A DNA stretch of 64,000 nt from Gammaproteobacteria bacterium (lineage in GTDB: Bacteria; Pseudomonadota; Gammaproteobacteria; Eutrophobiales; Eutrophobiaceae): positions 1-64,000 of the forward strand of contig CAXMWX010000007.1 of assembly GCA_963422205.2 (NCBI GenBank), in the 5' to 3' direction. Position 1 is the first letter of the stretch, and every line of letters begins with the position of its first letter. The position numbers and the translations under genes were made by a program. This document shows positions 34,916-44,577 of the stretch, piece by piece. The notes below the pieces were generated by a model that worked only from the letters and a program-made list of their open reading frames with translations, was not told the DNA's origin and searched no databases.

Positions 34916-36148
34916 TTATCCAGAAAACGCCTGTATACCGGTCTGCGCCCGTCCCAGGATCAGGGCATGGACATCGTGCGTACCTTCATAGGTATTCACC
35001 GCCTCCAGATTCATCAGATGGCGGATGACATGAAACTCATCGGCGATACCGTTGCCGCCGTGCATGTCCCGGGCGATGCGCGCAATCTCCAGCGCCTTGC
35101 CGCAGTTATTACGCTTCATCAACGAGACGATTTCCGGTGCCGCCTGACGGCTGTCAATCAGACGGCCGAGTTGCAGCGCCCCTTGCAGCCCCAGGGTGAT
35201 CTCGGTCTGCATATCAGCCAGCTTCTTTTGAATCAACTGGTTTGCCGCCAACGGCCTGCCAAACTGCTTTCTATCCAGCGTATACTGCCGGGCAGCATAC
35301 CAGCAGAACTCCGCCGCCCCCATTACCCCCCAGACAATCCCGTAGCGCGCCCTGTTAAGACAGCCAAAAGGCCCGCCCAGCCCGTTCGCATGGGGCAGAT
35401 AATTCTCATCCGGCACAAACACATCATCCATGACGATCTCGCCCGTGACCGAGGCACGCAGGGAAAATTTACCTTCGATCTTCGGCGCCGACAAGCCCGC
35501 CATCCCCTTGTCCAGAATAAAACCCCGAATCACCCCGGCATCATCCTTGCCCCAGACAATAAACACATCCGCCAGCGGTGAATTGGTAATCCACATCTTG
35601 TTCCCCGTCAGGCGGTAGCCACCCGCCACCTTGCGCGCCCGGGTCTTCATGCCGCCCGGATCAGAGCCATGATCCGGCTCGGTCAGGCCAAAGCAGCCCA
35701 GCCAGTCGCCACGCGCCAGCCGGGGCAGATATTTCTCGCGCTGCTGCTGATTGCCATAGGCATAGATCGGATACATCACCAGGCTGGACTGCACACTCAT
35801 CGCCGAACGATACCCCGAATCCACCCGCTCCACCTCTCTTGCCACCAGCCCGTAACTGACGTAGCTGGCCCCGGCACCGCCGTAGTGTTCGGGCAGGGTA
35901 ACGCCCAACAAGCCCAGCTCCCCCAGCTCACGCATGATCGCCACATCAAACTCCTCATGCCGGTTGGCTTTCAGGATACGCGGCATCAGTGAACCCTGGC
36001 AATAATCCTGCGCCGCCTGCATGATCATACGCTCATCATCCTGTAACTGGGCGGTCAAATGCAACGGCTCGGCCCAGTTAAATTTGCCTTCAACTGTCCC
36101 CCCGGAAGTCCCGCCAGCCCCTGTTGTTTGTGCGCTCGCCTGTGTCAT
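34916..36148 (-). CDS. gcdH: Glutaryl-CoA dehydrogenase
   Basis: [49 protein letters not shown]. Confidence 0.93.
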   Translation of the reverse strand: MTQASAQTTGAGGTSGGTVEGKFNWAEPLHLTAQLQDDERMIMQAAQDYCQGSLMPRILKANRHEEFDVAIMRELGELGLLGVTLPEHYGGAGASYVSYGLVAREVERVDSGYRSAMSVQSSLVMYPIYAYGNQQQREKYLPRLARGDWLGCFGLTEPDHGSDPGGMKTRARKVAGGYRLTGNKMWITNSPLADVFIVWGKDDAGVIRGFILDKGMAGLSAPKIEGKFSLRASVTGEIVMDDVFVPDENYLPHANGLGGPFGCLNRARYGIVWGVMGAAEFCWYAARQYTLDRKQFGRPLAANQLIQKKLADMQTEITLGLQGALQLGRLIDSRQAAPEIVSLMKRNNCGKALEIARIARDMHGGNGIADEFHVIRHLMNLEAVNTYEGTHDVHALILGRAQTGIQAFSG

Positions 36149-36248
36149 ATTCTCTTAACCTGTAGGTTGCCTCAACTGTCTGCCCATTGTAACGAGTATG
36201 GCGAAAAAATTTAAACCTGATGCGTCAGTGCCAGGCTGCCTTTGCGTG

Positions 36249-36343
36249 CCCGTATGTTCTATAAACATCTGTATAAAACTTATTATTTACATTAGAATAA
36301 TCATATAAATTTATAATTTATATATATTTTATAAATCATAAAT
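36249..36343 (+). repeat. AT-rich dispersed element, copy B
   Basis: Same sequence as copy A with one 18-nt unit instead of two and a few substitutions. Confidence 0.88.
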
Positions 36344-36607
36344 AATGAAGGGATGGCAGAAGGCGAACACGGGCAGGACATCAAGGCCAGGACTGATACG
36401 TGTTCCAGTACCGCCGCTGTCCGTCCGTTTGCCCATTGGTTACCACCTGCCCACCCCTATCGCTTTATTGTCTTTATCCGCGCTTTAGTCTTACAATAAG
36501 CACAACACAAAACACATCCCCCGTACCTATGCCAAATAAAACCGCACTAACTGTCAGCATAATCAATCGGCATGGGCTATTACGTTGAGTAACAAGAGAC
36601 CACAGAC

Positions 36608-36970
36608 ATGAACATGGCAACCCTGATGATGGCGACTATTGGCACAGGCATTTCCCTGGCTGGTCTGATGATTGGCCTGGTGGCCTGGCTTCGAGCCGAT
36701 ACCCGCCGCATGGAAGATCGCTTGCGTGAAGATATGCGCCGCATGGAAGACCGATGGCAGACGGATATGAAAGTCCTGCGTGAGGATATGAAGCAAATGG
36801 AAGAGCGCTGGCAAGCAGAAATCGCGGCAATCCGCAATGAAATGGCCGAAATCCACGAGGACATCAACGCCCACCGCAAGGAGACGGCCCAGTTGCGCGA
36901 GCGCATGGCGCATCTGGAAGGGCTGCTTGATGGGCTTCGTGAGGCCATCGTTGCTCGTGCCGCCGCCTGA
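36608..36970 (+). CDS. Membrane-anchored coiled-coil protein with 11-residue repeats
   Basis: N-terminal TM helix; LRADTRRMEDR/LREDMRRMEDR/LREDMKQMEER; C-terminal LRERMAHLEGLLDGLR. Confidence 0.75.
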   Translation: MNMATLMMATIGTGISLAGLMIGLVAWLRADTRRMEDRLREDMRRMEDRWQTDMKVLREDMKQMEERWQAEIAAIRNEMAEIHEDINAHRKETAQLRERMAHLEGLLDGLREAIVARAAA

Positions 36971-37065
36971 GTGATCTGATTACCCATGCAATACCCAGTC
37001 AACACCAAAGGGACAGCCATGACCAACACCAGGCCACACATTAGCAGCAAGGAGGTATTAAACCC

Positions 37066-37434
37066 ATGAGCCAAGTCGCCTTTGACACCCTGAAATTTAC
37101 TGAGACCCTGAAACAGGCGGGTGTCCCTGAGCAGCACGCCAAGGCCGAAGCGGTGGCCATTCAGGGCGCACTTGGTGAAGCCTTGAATACGCAGGTGGCA
37201 ACGAAAGAGGATATTCAGAAGCTGAAGGACGACATGCAGGCATTCAAGGATGAGGTGAAAGCAGATACGCAAGGTTTGAAGGGCGAGATACAGCACATAA
37301 AAATTGAGATGCAAGACATCAAGGGCAGCCAGCATTCGTTGAAGCTGATGCTCAATTTCATCTTTGCTTTTTCTCTGGCCATGTTACCCATACTATTGGG
37401 CATACTCTGGAAACTGTTCATTCCGGCAGGTTGA
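37066..37434 (+). CDS. DUF1640/CCDC90-like coiled-coil membrane protein
   Basis: FDTLKF.E.L..AGV...AKA, VATKEDI, coiled coil, C-terminal TM; RBS AAGGAGG upstream. Confidence 0.85.
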   Translation: MSQVAFDTLKFTETLKQAGVPEQHAKAEAVAIQGALGEALNTQVATKEDIQKLKDDMQAFKDEVKADTQGLKGEIQHIKIEMQDIKGSQHSLKLMLNFIFAFSLAMLPILLGILWKLFIPAG

Positions 37435-37819
37435 TTTGTGACTGGACAATCAACTATACAACAAGCAGAATGCACACAAACACCAGTACCGAGATAACCA
37501 TGACCCGGCCCGACATTAACCCGCTCGACAACCCCGCCCGCCACCATCTCGGTAGCATTGCCAGACCCAAAAATAACGGCCTGATCAGCAGCTTATCAAA
37601 TTCCCTATCTGCTATTAGACGCTGTTATCTACCCCCCACCCACAAATAAAAAACCAATTAAATCAAAAATTTATAAGATTATTAAGAGAATATTTCTACG
37701 GGAGATATTTATATAGGGGCTACTTATATAAGAGCTACCTAAAGAACCACCTAAAACCCAATTCCACCAATTTCCGATACAAGGCAAGGCTTGCCGCCTT
37801 TGCCCTGCTTATCGGCCCC

Positions 37820-40800
37820 ATGATCAACCCCAAGCAGTCCCATGCGGAGGCAGAATGCGGGGCGATTCCGGCAGATAGCAACACAGTCACCTGCACCACC
37901 ACCACTTACACCACCCCCACAAACAACATCACCTACGGGTTGGTGCAGGGCACCACGGTCTACAATGGCCTGGGCGTAGATGGGTTGACCCTAAACCTGA
38001 ACGATGCGATGTTACGCATCCGCACCAGCGGCGCAGGCATCGATACATTGGGCCTGAGTCGCGACATCAGTCGGGTGGGAGAAGCTCTTCCTAACTTGTT
38101 CAACTCCAACGGCGATGCAGTGGTGGTGCTTGGCTCCCCCACCTCCAGCGCCCCCATCACCATCAACGCCACCCGTTTTGATACCATCACCACCACCAAC
38201 CAGCGGGCGCATGGGCTGCTTGCCCGCCACTTTGGCAGCGGCGATGTCAACGTCACGCTGGCGGCTGGCACCATCACCACCATGAGCTTCGGTGCCCACG
38301 GCGTGAGTGCCAGCACCGCTAACCTCCCGCAGGCGACGCTCAATGGCAATGCCACGGGCGTTGCAGCACCCCCCGTGCCATCGGTAAAAGACAATGAAAT
38401 CAGTATCCTGATGAGCGGCGGCGGCATCACCTCTGGCGATGGGGGGGGCGACCCCAGCCGCACCGCCTACGGGCTACACAGTCACAGCACCAGCACCGGG
38501 GAGGCCAGCATCGGCATGGGCGGCGGCATCATCACCAATGGCGACTCGGGTCACGGGGTGTTAGCCAGCAGCTTCGGCATTCTCTTTGGCACTTTTAGCA
38601 ACGCCACGGCTACGGCCAGGTTCAGTGGCGGCAGCATCACCACCAGCGGCAATTTTAGCCATGGCGTGTCGGCAGACACCGATAATAATTCCTCAACCGC
38701 CATCATGAACGGTAACGGCGTGATTACCGCCAGCGGCAGGTATTCGCGTGGCGTATTTGCTCTCCAAAGAGGCGCTGGCGGCACGGCGCGGATGGAACTA
38801 TTCAGCGGCAGCATCACCACCACCGGGGATGGTTCGAGTGGCCTGTATATGTGGGGTGGTAATGGGGGCTCGACCGCAACCATCACCGCCGCCGTACATG
38901 GCGGCAGCATCGAGACCAGTGGCGGCTCCGGTCGCGGGGTGCAAGTTCGAACCTATGGCATGCATGATATTGCCGGGGTCACCATGAGTGGTGGGACAAT
39001 CCAAACCGGCGGGGCGAACGGCACCGCCGCCGAAGCCTACGGACTCTTTGCCACCAACAACGACAGCGCGACCACCGCCAGCCTTACCGCCGAGATCACC
39101 GGCGGCAGCATCACCACCCGCGGCCCGCGGGGGCACGGGGTGGCGCTCTCTATTCGCAGTACCAGTGGCACCGCATCGGCGACCTTTAGCGGTGGCAGCA
39201 TCCGCACCGCAGGCGAGACCGCACGCGGCCTGTTGGTGGTCAGCAGTGGCACCGGCGCGGCATCGGCCAGCATCAGTGGCGATACCACGATTACCGCCAC
39301 CGGCAGGGATGCCGATGGGGTGCGAATCGCCTCCGCAAGCGGCACCTTTGATCTCGACATTACCGGCGGACAGATCACCTCAGGCACGGACGCGGCGGCA
39401 GCCATCCACAGCTTCGCGGCAGGCGGCGGGGATTTTCTGCAATTTAACAACCTGAGCTCGGGCGACTTCACCCTCACCGGCAGCGATGCCACCGGCTTTT
39501 CCGGCACCCACTCGGCGATTACGGGCGGGTTCCGGGGCGTGAATTCACTTGCTGCCAACGACCCCCTAACCGGCGGCGCAGTCCACAACCTGATCGGCCT
39601 GAACCGGAACGCCACCTGGACGTCGGATAGCCAGGGCATACGGTATGCCGTGACCGAAGGCACAACCACCCGCAGCCTGGGATTATTCCATTTTGAACAA
39701 TTCACCGGTGGCACGGGCAACGATACCTTCAATGTGGGCTTCAACGACGATATCGACATCAATGGCGGGGCAGGCGATGACCGCTTCAACCTGAGCGGGC
39801 TAATCACGGGCAATCTGACCGGCGGGCCCGGCGATGATGTGCTGACCCTCACCCTCAACACCGGCGGCTTCCTCAATGGCAATGCCAACCTCGGGGCGGG
39901 GGATGATACCTTGACCCTCAACACCGGCGGCAGCATCACCGGCAATGTGTCCCTCGGTGCGGACAGCGACACCCTTTCTTATGCCAACCGCAGCACGGCC
40001 GTCAGCGTGACCCTGGCTTCCAGCGCCGCCAATGGCTTTACCACCACCATGGGCGGGGCCACCGGCATCACCGGCACGGTCAGTGACATCAACACCCTGA
40101 CCGGCGGCACGGGTATGGATACCCTCACCGGCTATGATGCCGATGCCACCTGGACGCTGGGCAGAACCGGCAACAGCGGCAGCAACACCTATGCCGTCAC
40201 CGTTGGCACGGGAAACAGCGCCAGCACCCGCCGCCTGACCTTCGCAGGCTTTGAGAACCTCACCGGCAGCGCGATGGTGGATAACTTCACCATCACCGGC
40301 AGCCACACGGGCAATCTCAGCAGCGGGGCGGAGGACGATGTGTTTACCCTCTCCGACAATGCCATGCTCACCGGCAACATCGACACCGGCGATGGCGATG
40401 ATACGGTGACGGTCGGTAATATGGCCAGTGGTGCCAGCATTGTCGGCAACATTACCCTGGGCGATGGCGATGACACCCTGACCATTGCCAATGCCGCCGT
40501 CCGCATCAGTGGTCTGGCCGATGGCGGGCCGGGCATGGACACCCTGAACGGCCTGGAGCTGTTCCGCGAGGCCAGCGCCAGCACCATCTTCAGCTTCGTC
40601 AACTTTGAGAACGTCAATGGTGAGACAGAACTGCTGACCAACCTGCCGGTAGTGGCGATAACCGAAAACAATGGGGCAAGAGGATTTGCGCCTCGCCCTG
40701 TGGCTCCGGTAGTGCCACCGGTGGTTCCGATGCCTCAGCCACCGGCTCCCGTGGTTCCTCCTGTAGTGCCTCCAATGCCGATAACTCCTGTGAATCCGAT

Positions 40801-42304
40801 GCCGGTCGCTCCGGTGGGTCCCATGCCGCCTGCTACGGGAACGGACAGCCAACCCATCACCCCGCCACCGCCAGGCACACCCACCCCAGGCACAGGCACG
40901 GGGACAGGGACAACGACACCGCCCACCCCAGGCACAGGCACGGGGACAGGCACAACACCACCGCCCACAGGCGGCACAGGCACACCCCCACCGCTCACCA
41001 CCGGCACGGGGACAGGGACAACGACACCGCCCACCCCAGGCACAGGCACGGGGACAGGCACAACACCACCGCCCACAGGCGGCACAGCCACACCCCCACC
41101 CCCATCCCCGACCGACTTTGCGGTGTTGGCGGCGGCCTATTGTGAGGCCACGGGGACAGCCTGTCAGCCCGCCACCGCCACCCGACCGGCCACCGTCACA
41201 CCGACCCCGCCAGCACTCCCTGACCCGACCACCCTGCCCGATGAGCCTGCCAGGGCAGCCGCCCGTGACCGCTTCCAGAGCCAGGTCGAGAGCTATGTCT
41301 ATGTTGACCCCACCGGCCCGTCCGTACAAGCCTCTGCCGTGGGCGCTCTGACCACCACCATCAACACCCTCATCAGTCAACGGCTGTCCGCTTATCGCCG
41401 TGCTGCCCGCCCACCGGTGCAGGTGGCCGCCACCGCCCTGCTGCCGGGGATGCTGGCCAGGGGAGAAGACCCGCTCATCTGGGGAGAATTGTTTGCTTCT
41501 GACCGGCAACGGGGACGGGATGGCCGCACCCTGTCCTACTCCCATGAGTACCGGGGCGTGTTGTTCGGGGCCGAGCAGCGTTATGGGCAGGAGGCCGTGC
41601 TGGGGTTGATGCTGGGCTATGCCGATGCCGATGTCAGCACCCACATCACGGCGCTGAATGTCGAGACCGGCAGCCTCTTCGGGGGAGTGTATGGCCGTCT
41701 TGACCTGGCTGGACTGGCGGTGGATGTGGGGCTGAACTTAGGCTATGAAGAGCATGACAATCAGCGCTTTATCCCCCAGCAAAGACAAACTGCCGAAACC
41801 AGCACCCACAGCTTCTTTATCAACCCGTCCCTGACAGTCAGCCAGAGCTATAGGGTAGAGGCCCTGTCCGGCCGGGCAACCTTTCGTCTCACTCCCTCCC
41901 TGAGCATGAGCTACACCGCCGCCTTCTATGGGGACTACACCGAGCGGGGGGCAGCGGGGTTTAATCTTAGCGTTGATAGCCGCACGGCCCATAACCTGAC
42001 CACCCGGCTGCAACTGGGTGGCGACTGGGCGCTGCCGAAGAGTAACAGCGGGCTGGGGCTGCGCTTAGGATTACAGAGCCGCTTCACCGACAGCAGTGAC
42101 TTTGAAGGGACTTTGAGTGGGGCGAGCTTCAGCTATGCCAGCGATGCGGATAAGAGCGTACACAGCCTGTATGTCGGTGTGGATGGTCGGCACGAGCTCC
42201 GTGATAATCTCAAGCTGCTGGTCGATGTGGAATACAACCATGATGTGGGGGAGGTGAGTGAGCGGGCCTTGAGTGGGATTGTCAGGTTCACGTATTGGTA
42301 TTGA
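37820..42304 (+). CDS. Large autotransporter (type V) adhesin
   Basis: Repeated GGSITTxG..HG(V/L) beta-helix units, GGxGxD repeats, Pro/Thr linker, C-terminal beta-barrel ending FTYWY. The true start probably lies upstream; signal-like RLAAFALLIGPMINPKQSHA spans the annotated ATG. Confidence 0.88.
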   Translation: MINPKQSHAEAECGAIPADSNTVTCTTTTYTTPTNNITYGLVQGTTVYNGLGVDGLTLNLNDAMLRIRTSGAGIDTLGLSRDISRVGEALPNLFNSNGDAVVVLGSPTSSAPITINATRFDTITTTNQRAHGLLARHFGSGDVNVTLAAGTITTMSFGAHGVSASTANLPQATLNGNATGVAAPPVPSVKDNEISILMSGGGITSGDGGGDPSRTAYGLHSHSTSTGEASIGMGGGIITNGDSGHGVLASSFGILFGTFSNATATARFSGGSITTSGNFSHGVSADTDNNSSTAIMNGNGVITASGRYSRGVFALQRGAGGTARMELFSGSITTTGDGSSGLYMWGGNGGSTATITAAVHGGSIETSGGSGRGVQVRTYGMHDIAGVTMSGGTIQTGGANGTAAEAYGLFATNNDSATTASLTAEITGGSITTRGPRGHGVALSIRSTSGTASATFSGGSIRTAGETARGLLVVSSGTGAASASISGDTTITATGRDADGVRIASASGTFDLDITGGQITSGTDAAAAIHSFAAGGGDFLQFNNLSSGDFTLTGSDATGFSGTHSAITGGFRGVNSLAANDPLTGGAVHNLIGLNRNATWTSDSQGIRYAVTEGTTTRSLGLFHFEQFTGGTGNDTFNVGFNDDIDINGGAGDDRFNLSGLITGNLTGGPGDDVLTLTLNTGGFLNGNANLGAGDDTLTLNTGGSITGNVSLGADSDTLSYANRSTAVSVTLASSAANGFTTTMGGATGITGTVSDINTLTGGTGMDTLTGYDADATWTLGRTGNSGSNTYAVTVGTGNSASTRRLTFAGFENLTGSAMVDNFTITGSHTGNLSSGAEDDVFTLSDNAMLTGNIDTGDGDDTVTVGNMASGASIVGNITLGDGDDTLTIANAAVRISGLADGGPGMDTLNGLELFREASASTIFSFVNFENVNGETELLTNLPVVAITENNGARGFAPRPVAPVVPPVVPMPQPPAPVVPPVVPPMPITPVNPMPVAPVGPMPPATGTDSQPITPPPPGTPTPGTGTGTGTTTPPTPGTGTGTGTTPPPTGGTGTPPPLTTGTGTGTTTPPTPGTGTGTGTTPPPTGGTATPPPPSPTDFAVLAAAYCEATGTACQPATATRPATVTPTPPALPDPTTLPDEPARAAARDRFQSQVESYVYVDPTGPSVQASAVGALTTTINTLISQRLSAYRRAARPPVQVAATALLPGMLARGEDPLIWGELFASDRQRGRDGRTLSYSHEYRGVLFGAEQRYGQEAVLGLMLGYADADVSTHITALNVETGSLFGGVYGRLDLAGLAVDVGLNLGYEEHDNQRFIPQQRQTAETSTHSFFINPSLTVSQSYRVEALSGRATFRLTPSLSMSYTAAFYGDYTERGAAGFNLSVDSRTAHNLTTRLQLGGDWALPKSNSGLGLRLGLQSRFTDSSDFEGTLSGASFSYASDADKSVHSLYVGVDGRHELRDNLKLLVDVEYNHDVGEVSERALSGIVRFTYWY
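40895..41099 (+). repeat. 108-bp-period tandem repeat encoding Pro/Thr/Gly linker units
   Basis: GGCACGGGGACAGGGACAACGACACCGCCCACCCCAGGCACAGG... starts at both 40895 and 41003. Confidence 0.9.
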
Positions 42305-42395
42305 GTGGGACTATTGACCGTGCCTTAACTGGCAGCTCATCGCAAGAGGCAATGGGTGGCGGCAGGCGTGTAGGCAAAAGATGGCACCTGCCCGG

Positions 42396-42617
42396 TCAGT
42401 CGTTGGCGTAGACAGTCGGGTCGGTGATGCTGGCCGCTGTGAAGCCCTGACGCCGAAACCGACAGGCATCACAACGGCCACATGCCTGGCCTGCTTCGTC
42501 TGCCTGATAGCAGGAGATAGTGAGATCATAATCCACACCAAGGCGGCTTCCCGTTCGAATGATCTGTGCCTTGTTCATGCCGATCAAGGGCGTATGGATA
42601 GCAAAAGACTGGCCGGC
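42396..42617 (-). pseudogene. queC: Orphan 3' fragment of queC
   Basis: [24 protein letters not shown]...[14 protein letters not shown]...DPT.Y; no QueC N-terminus upstream. Confidence 0.85.
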
Positions 42618-43135
42618 AAGCGGGCATGGATGATGGGATGGGGATGGTGGATAACCAGGGAGGCGACCTGGTCTGGTGGCGGCTGAGAGGATGGTGATGA
42701 CTTTTCTGGCTGATGCGGGCTGTTGTGGGGGTAGTGGTCACAGGGATGACTGGATTAAGCAATGCCCGGCATTGATGAGTGTTAAGCCAGGAGACAAGCG
42801 AAAGATGGCTGGGCTAAGTGGGAGTGAGTCAGAGATAATCAGAGGGCGCCCTGGCTCATGCTGACGTCCGCTTGAGGGGCAAACCGCAGGCAGTGATGGG
42901 TGTTAAGCGAATGAGATAGTGACAGATGGTCGGGGAGGTGCCGGGGTATGCAGGGATGACTGAAGTTGAGTAGCGCAATTACGCCGGTATCAGTTAGGAA
43001 TGAGGCAAGGCCGCTCGCCATGCCGTATGTAATCTGCCTTGTTGGCAAGGTGATGGATTGCAAGTGCGGTGATCCGATCAGGCGGGCGTGAATTGACTAC
43101 CCGCAACCGGGCGATTATGCTTACCCGCTAGAGCC

Positions 43136-43711
43136 ATGTCCATCCCCGCCCGTAAAACTCACCCCAGTGCGACCTATCAGGATGTGCTGGATGCACCGCC
43201 GCACAAGGTGGCAGAAGTCATCTATGGCGTGCTGCGGATGCAACCCCGCCCGGCGATGGGGCATGCGCGGGCGAGCTCAATCATCGGGGGTGAGTTGGTT
43301 AATCCCTTTGACCGAGGTCGGGGCGGCCCGGGCGGCTGGTGGATTATTGATGAGCCGGAGTTGCACTTCGGTCAGGATATTCTGGTGCCCGATCTCGCTG
43401 GCTGGCGACGTGAGACCATGCCGGTGTATCCGGATGCGGCTTACTGTACGATTGCCCCGGACTGGGTCTGTGAGGTATTATCGCCCTCAACCCGCCAGCT
43501 CGATTTGACCGACAAGCGCGACATCTATGCCCGTGAAGAGGTCACTTACCTGTGGTTTGTCGACCCGGACGTGCGTACGCTGGAGGCATTTCAACTTAAA
43601 GGTGGCGCATGGTCGCTGATCGCCTCATTAGCCGGTGATGCCGCCGTCTCCGTTCCCCCGTTTGATGCCATCAGTTTTCCGCTGGCTGCGCTATGGCCGG
43701 ATACGGAATAA
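43136..43711 (+). CDS. Uma2-family (DUF820) putative endonuclease, copy 1
   Basis: EPELH, VPDLAGWR, PDWVCEVLSPST, YLWFVDP. Confidence 0.9.
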   Translation: MSIPARKTHPSATYQDVLDAPPHKVAEVIYGVLRMQPRPAMGHARASSIIGGELVNPFDRGRGGPGGWWIIDEPELHFGQDILVPDLAGWRRETMPVYPDAAYCTIAPDWVCEVLSPSTRQLDLTDKRDIYAREEVTYLWFVDPDVRTLEAFQLKGGAWSLIASLAGDAAVSVPPFDAISFPLAALWPDTE

Positions 43712-43767
43712 AGTTAGGGGTTTGCAACACTGCTTATGATCTCACGTGCTAATCTAAGGATATATAA

Positions 43768-44352
43768 ATGATGCCCACACCTGCCCGTAAAACTCATCCA
43801 GTCGCCACCTATCAGGATGTGCTGGATGCACCGCCGCACAAGGTGGCTGAGATTATCGCCGGTACGCTGTACATGAATCCCAGGCCAGCGATGCGGCATG
43901 CCTGGGTGAGTTCTGTTATGGGCGGGGAGCTGTTCAACCCCTTTGGTCGTGGTCGCGGCGGCCCCGGTGGCTGGTGGATTATCGATGAGCCGGAGTTGCA
44001 CTTCGGTCAGGATATTCTGGTGCCCGATCTCGCTGGCTGGCGACGTGAGACCATGCCGGTGTATCCGGATGCGGCTTACTGTACGATTGCCCCGGACTGG
44101 GTCTGTGAGGTATTATCGCCCTCAACCCGGCAGCTGGACTTGACGGACAAGCGCGACATCTATGCCCGTGAGGGGGTCACTTACCTGTGGTTTGTCGACC
44201 CGGACGTGCGTACGCTGGAGGCGTTTCAACTTAAAGGTGGCCTATGGTCGCTGATCGCCTCATTAGCCGGTGATGCCGCCGTCTCTGTTCCCCCTTTTGA
44301 TGCCATCAGTTTTCCGCTGGCTGCGCTATGGCCGGATGGGGAAGGCGATTGA
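43768..44352 (+). CDS. Uma2-family (DUF820) putative endonuclease, copy 2
   Basis: Tandem paralogue of copy 1 with the same motifs. Confidence 0.9.
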   Translation: MMPTPARKTHPVATYQDVLDAPPHKVAEIIAGTLYMNPRPAMRHAWVSSVMGGELFNPFGRGRGGPGGWWIIDEPELHFGQDILVPDLAGWRRETMPVYPDAAYCTIAPDWVCEVLSPSTRQLDLTDKRDIYAREGVTYLWFVDPDVRTLEAFQLKGGLWSLIASLAGDAAVSVPPFDAISFPLAALWPDGEGD

Positions 44353-44577
44353 TCTAATCGTAGCCATTATCCTTTTACTCTCGAATGCCTTTACGGGCAT
44401 CTCATCTGGTATGTTGCCATCAAGGTAAGATCATCCGCTGTCAGTTACGGGAGATGATCGGCGAGTCGATCGGTCTGAAAAGTAGCCGGGTGATGTGTGC
44501 CTGCCATATCTGCCCTCAATGAGTACAGTCCCTCTTATAATTTGCTACAATTTGACGTAAACAGACGAAATGTGTGT

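Noticed and set aside
33444-36343. AT-rich repeats as a CRISPR array or leader
   Set aside because: Only two long copies 2.8 kb apart; no repeat-spacer periodicity and no cas genes.
40860-41100. Tandem repeats as a CRISPR array
   Set aside because: They are in-frame coding repeats of the autotransporter linker with no unique spacers.
39800-41644. 614-aa antisense ORF
   Set aside because: Shadow of the GC-rich repetitive autotransporter; no recognisable motifs.
42396-42617. queC fragment as part of a QatABCD or Dpd defence system
   Set aside because: It looks like housekeeping QueC, is truncated, and has no qat or dpd neighbours.
43136-44352. Uma2 pair as a DGR template/variable repeat pair
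   Set aside because: Differences are not restricted to adenines, both copies are full ORFs, and no RT is present.
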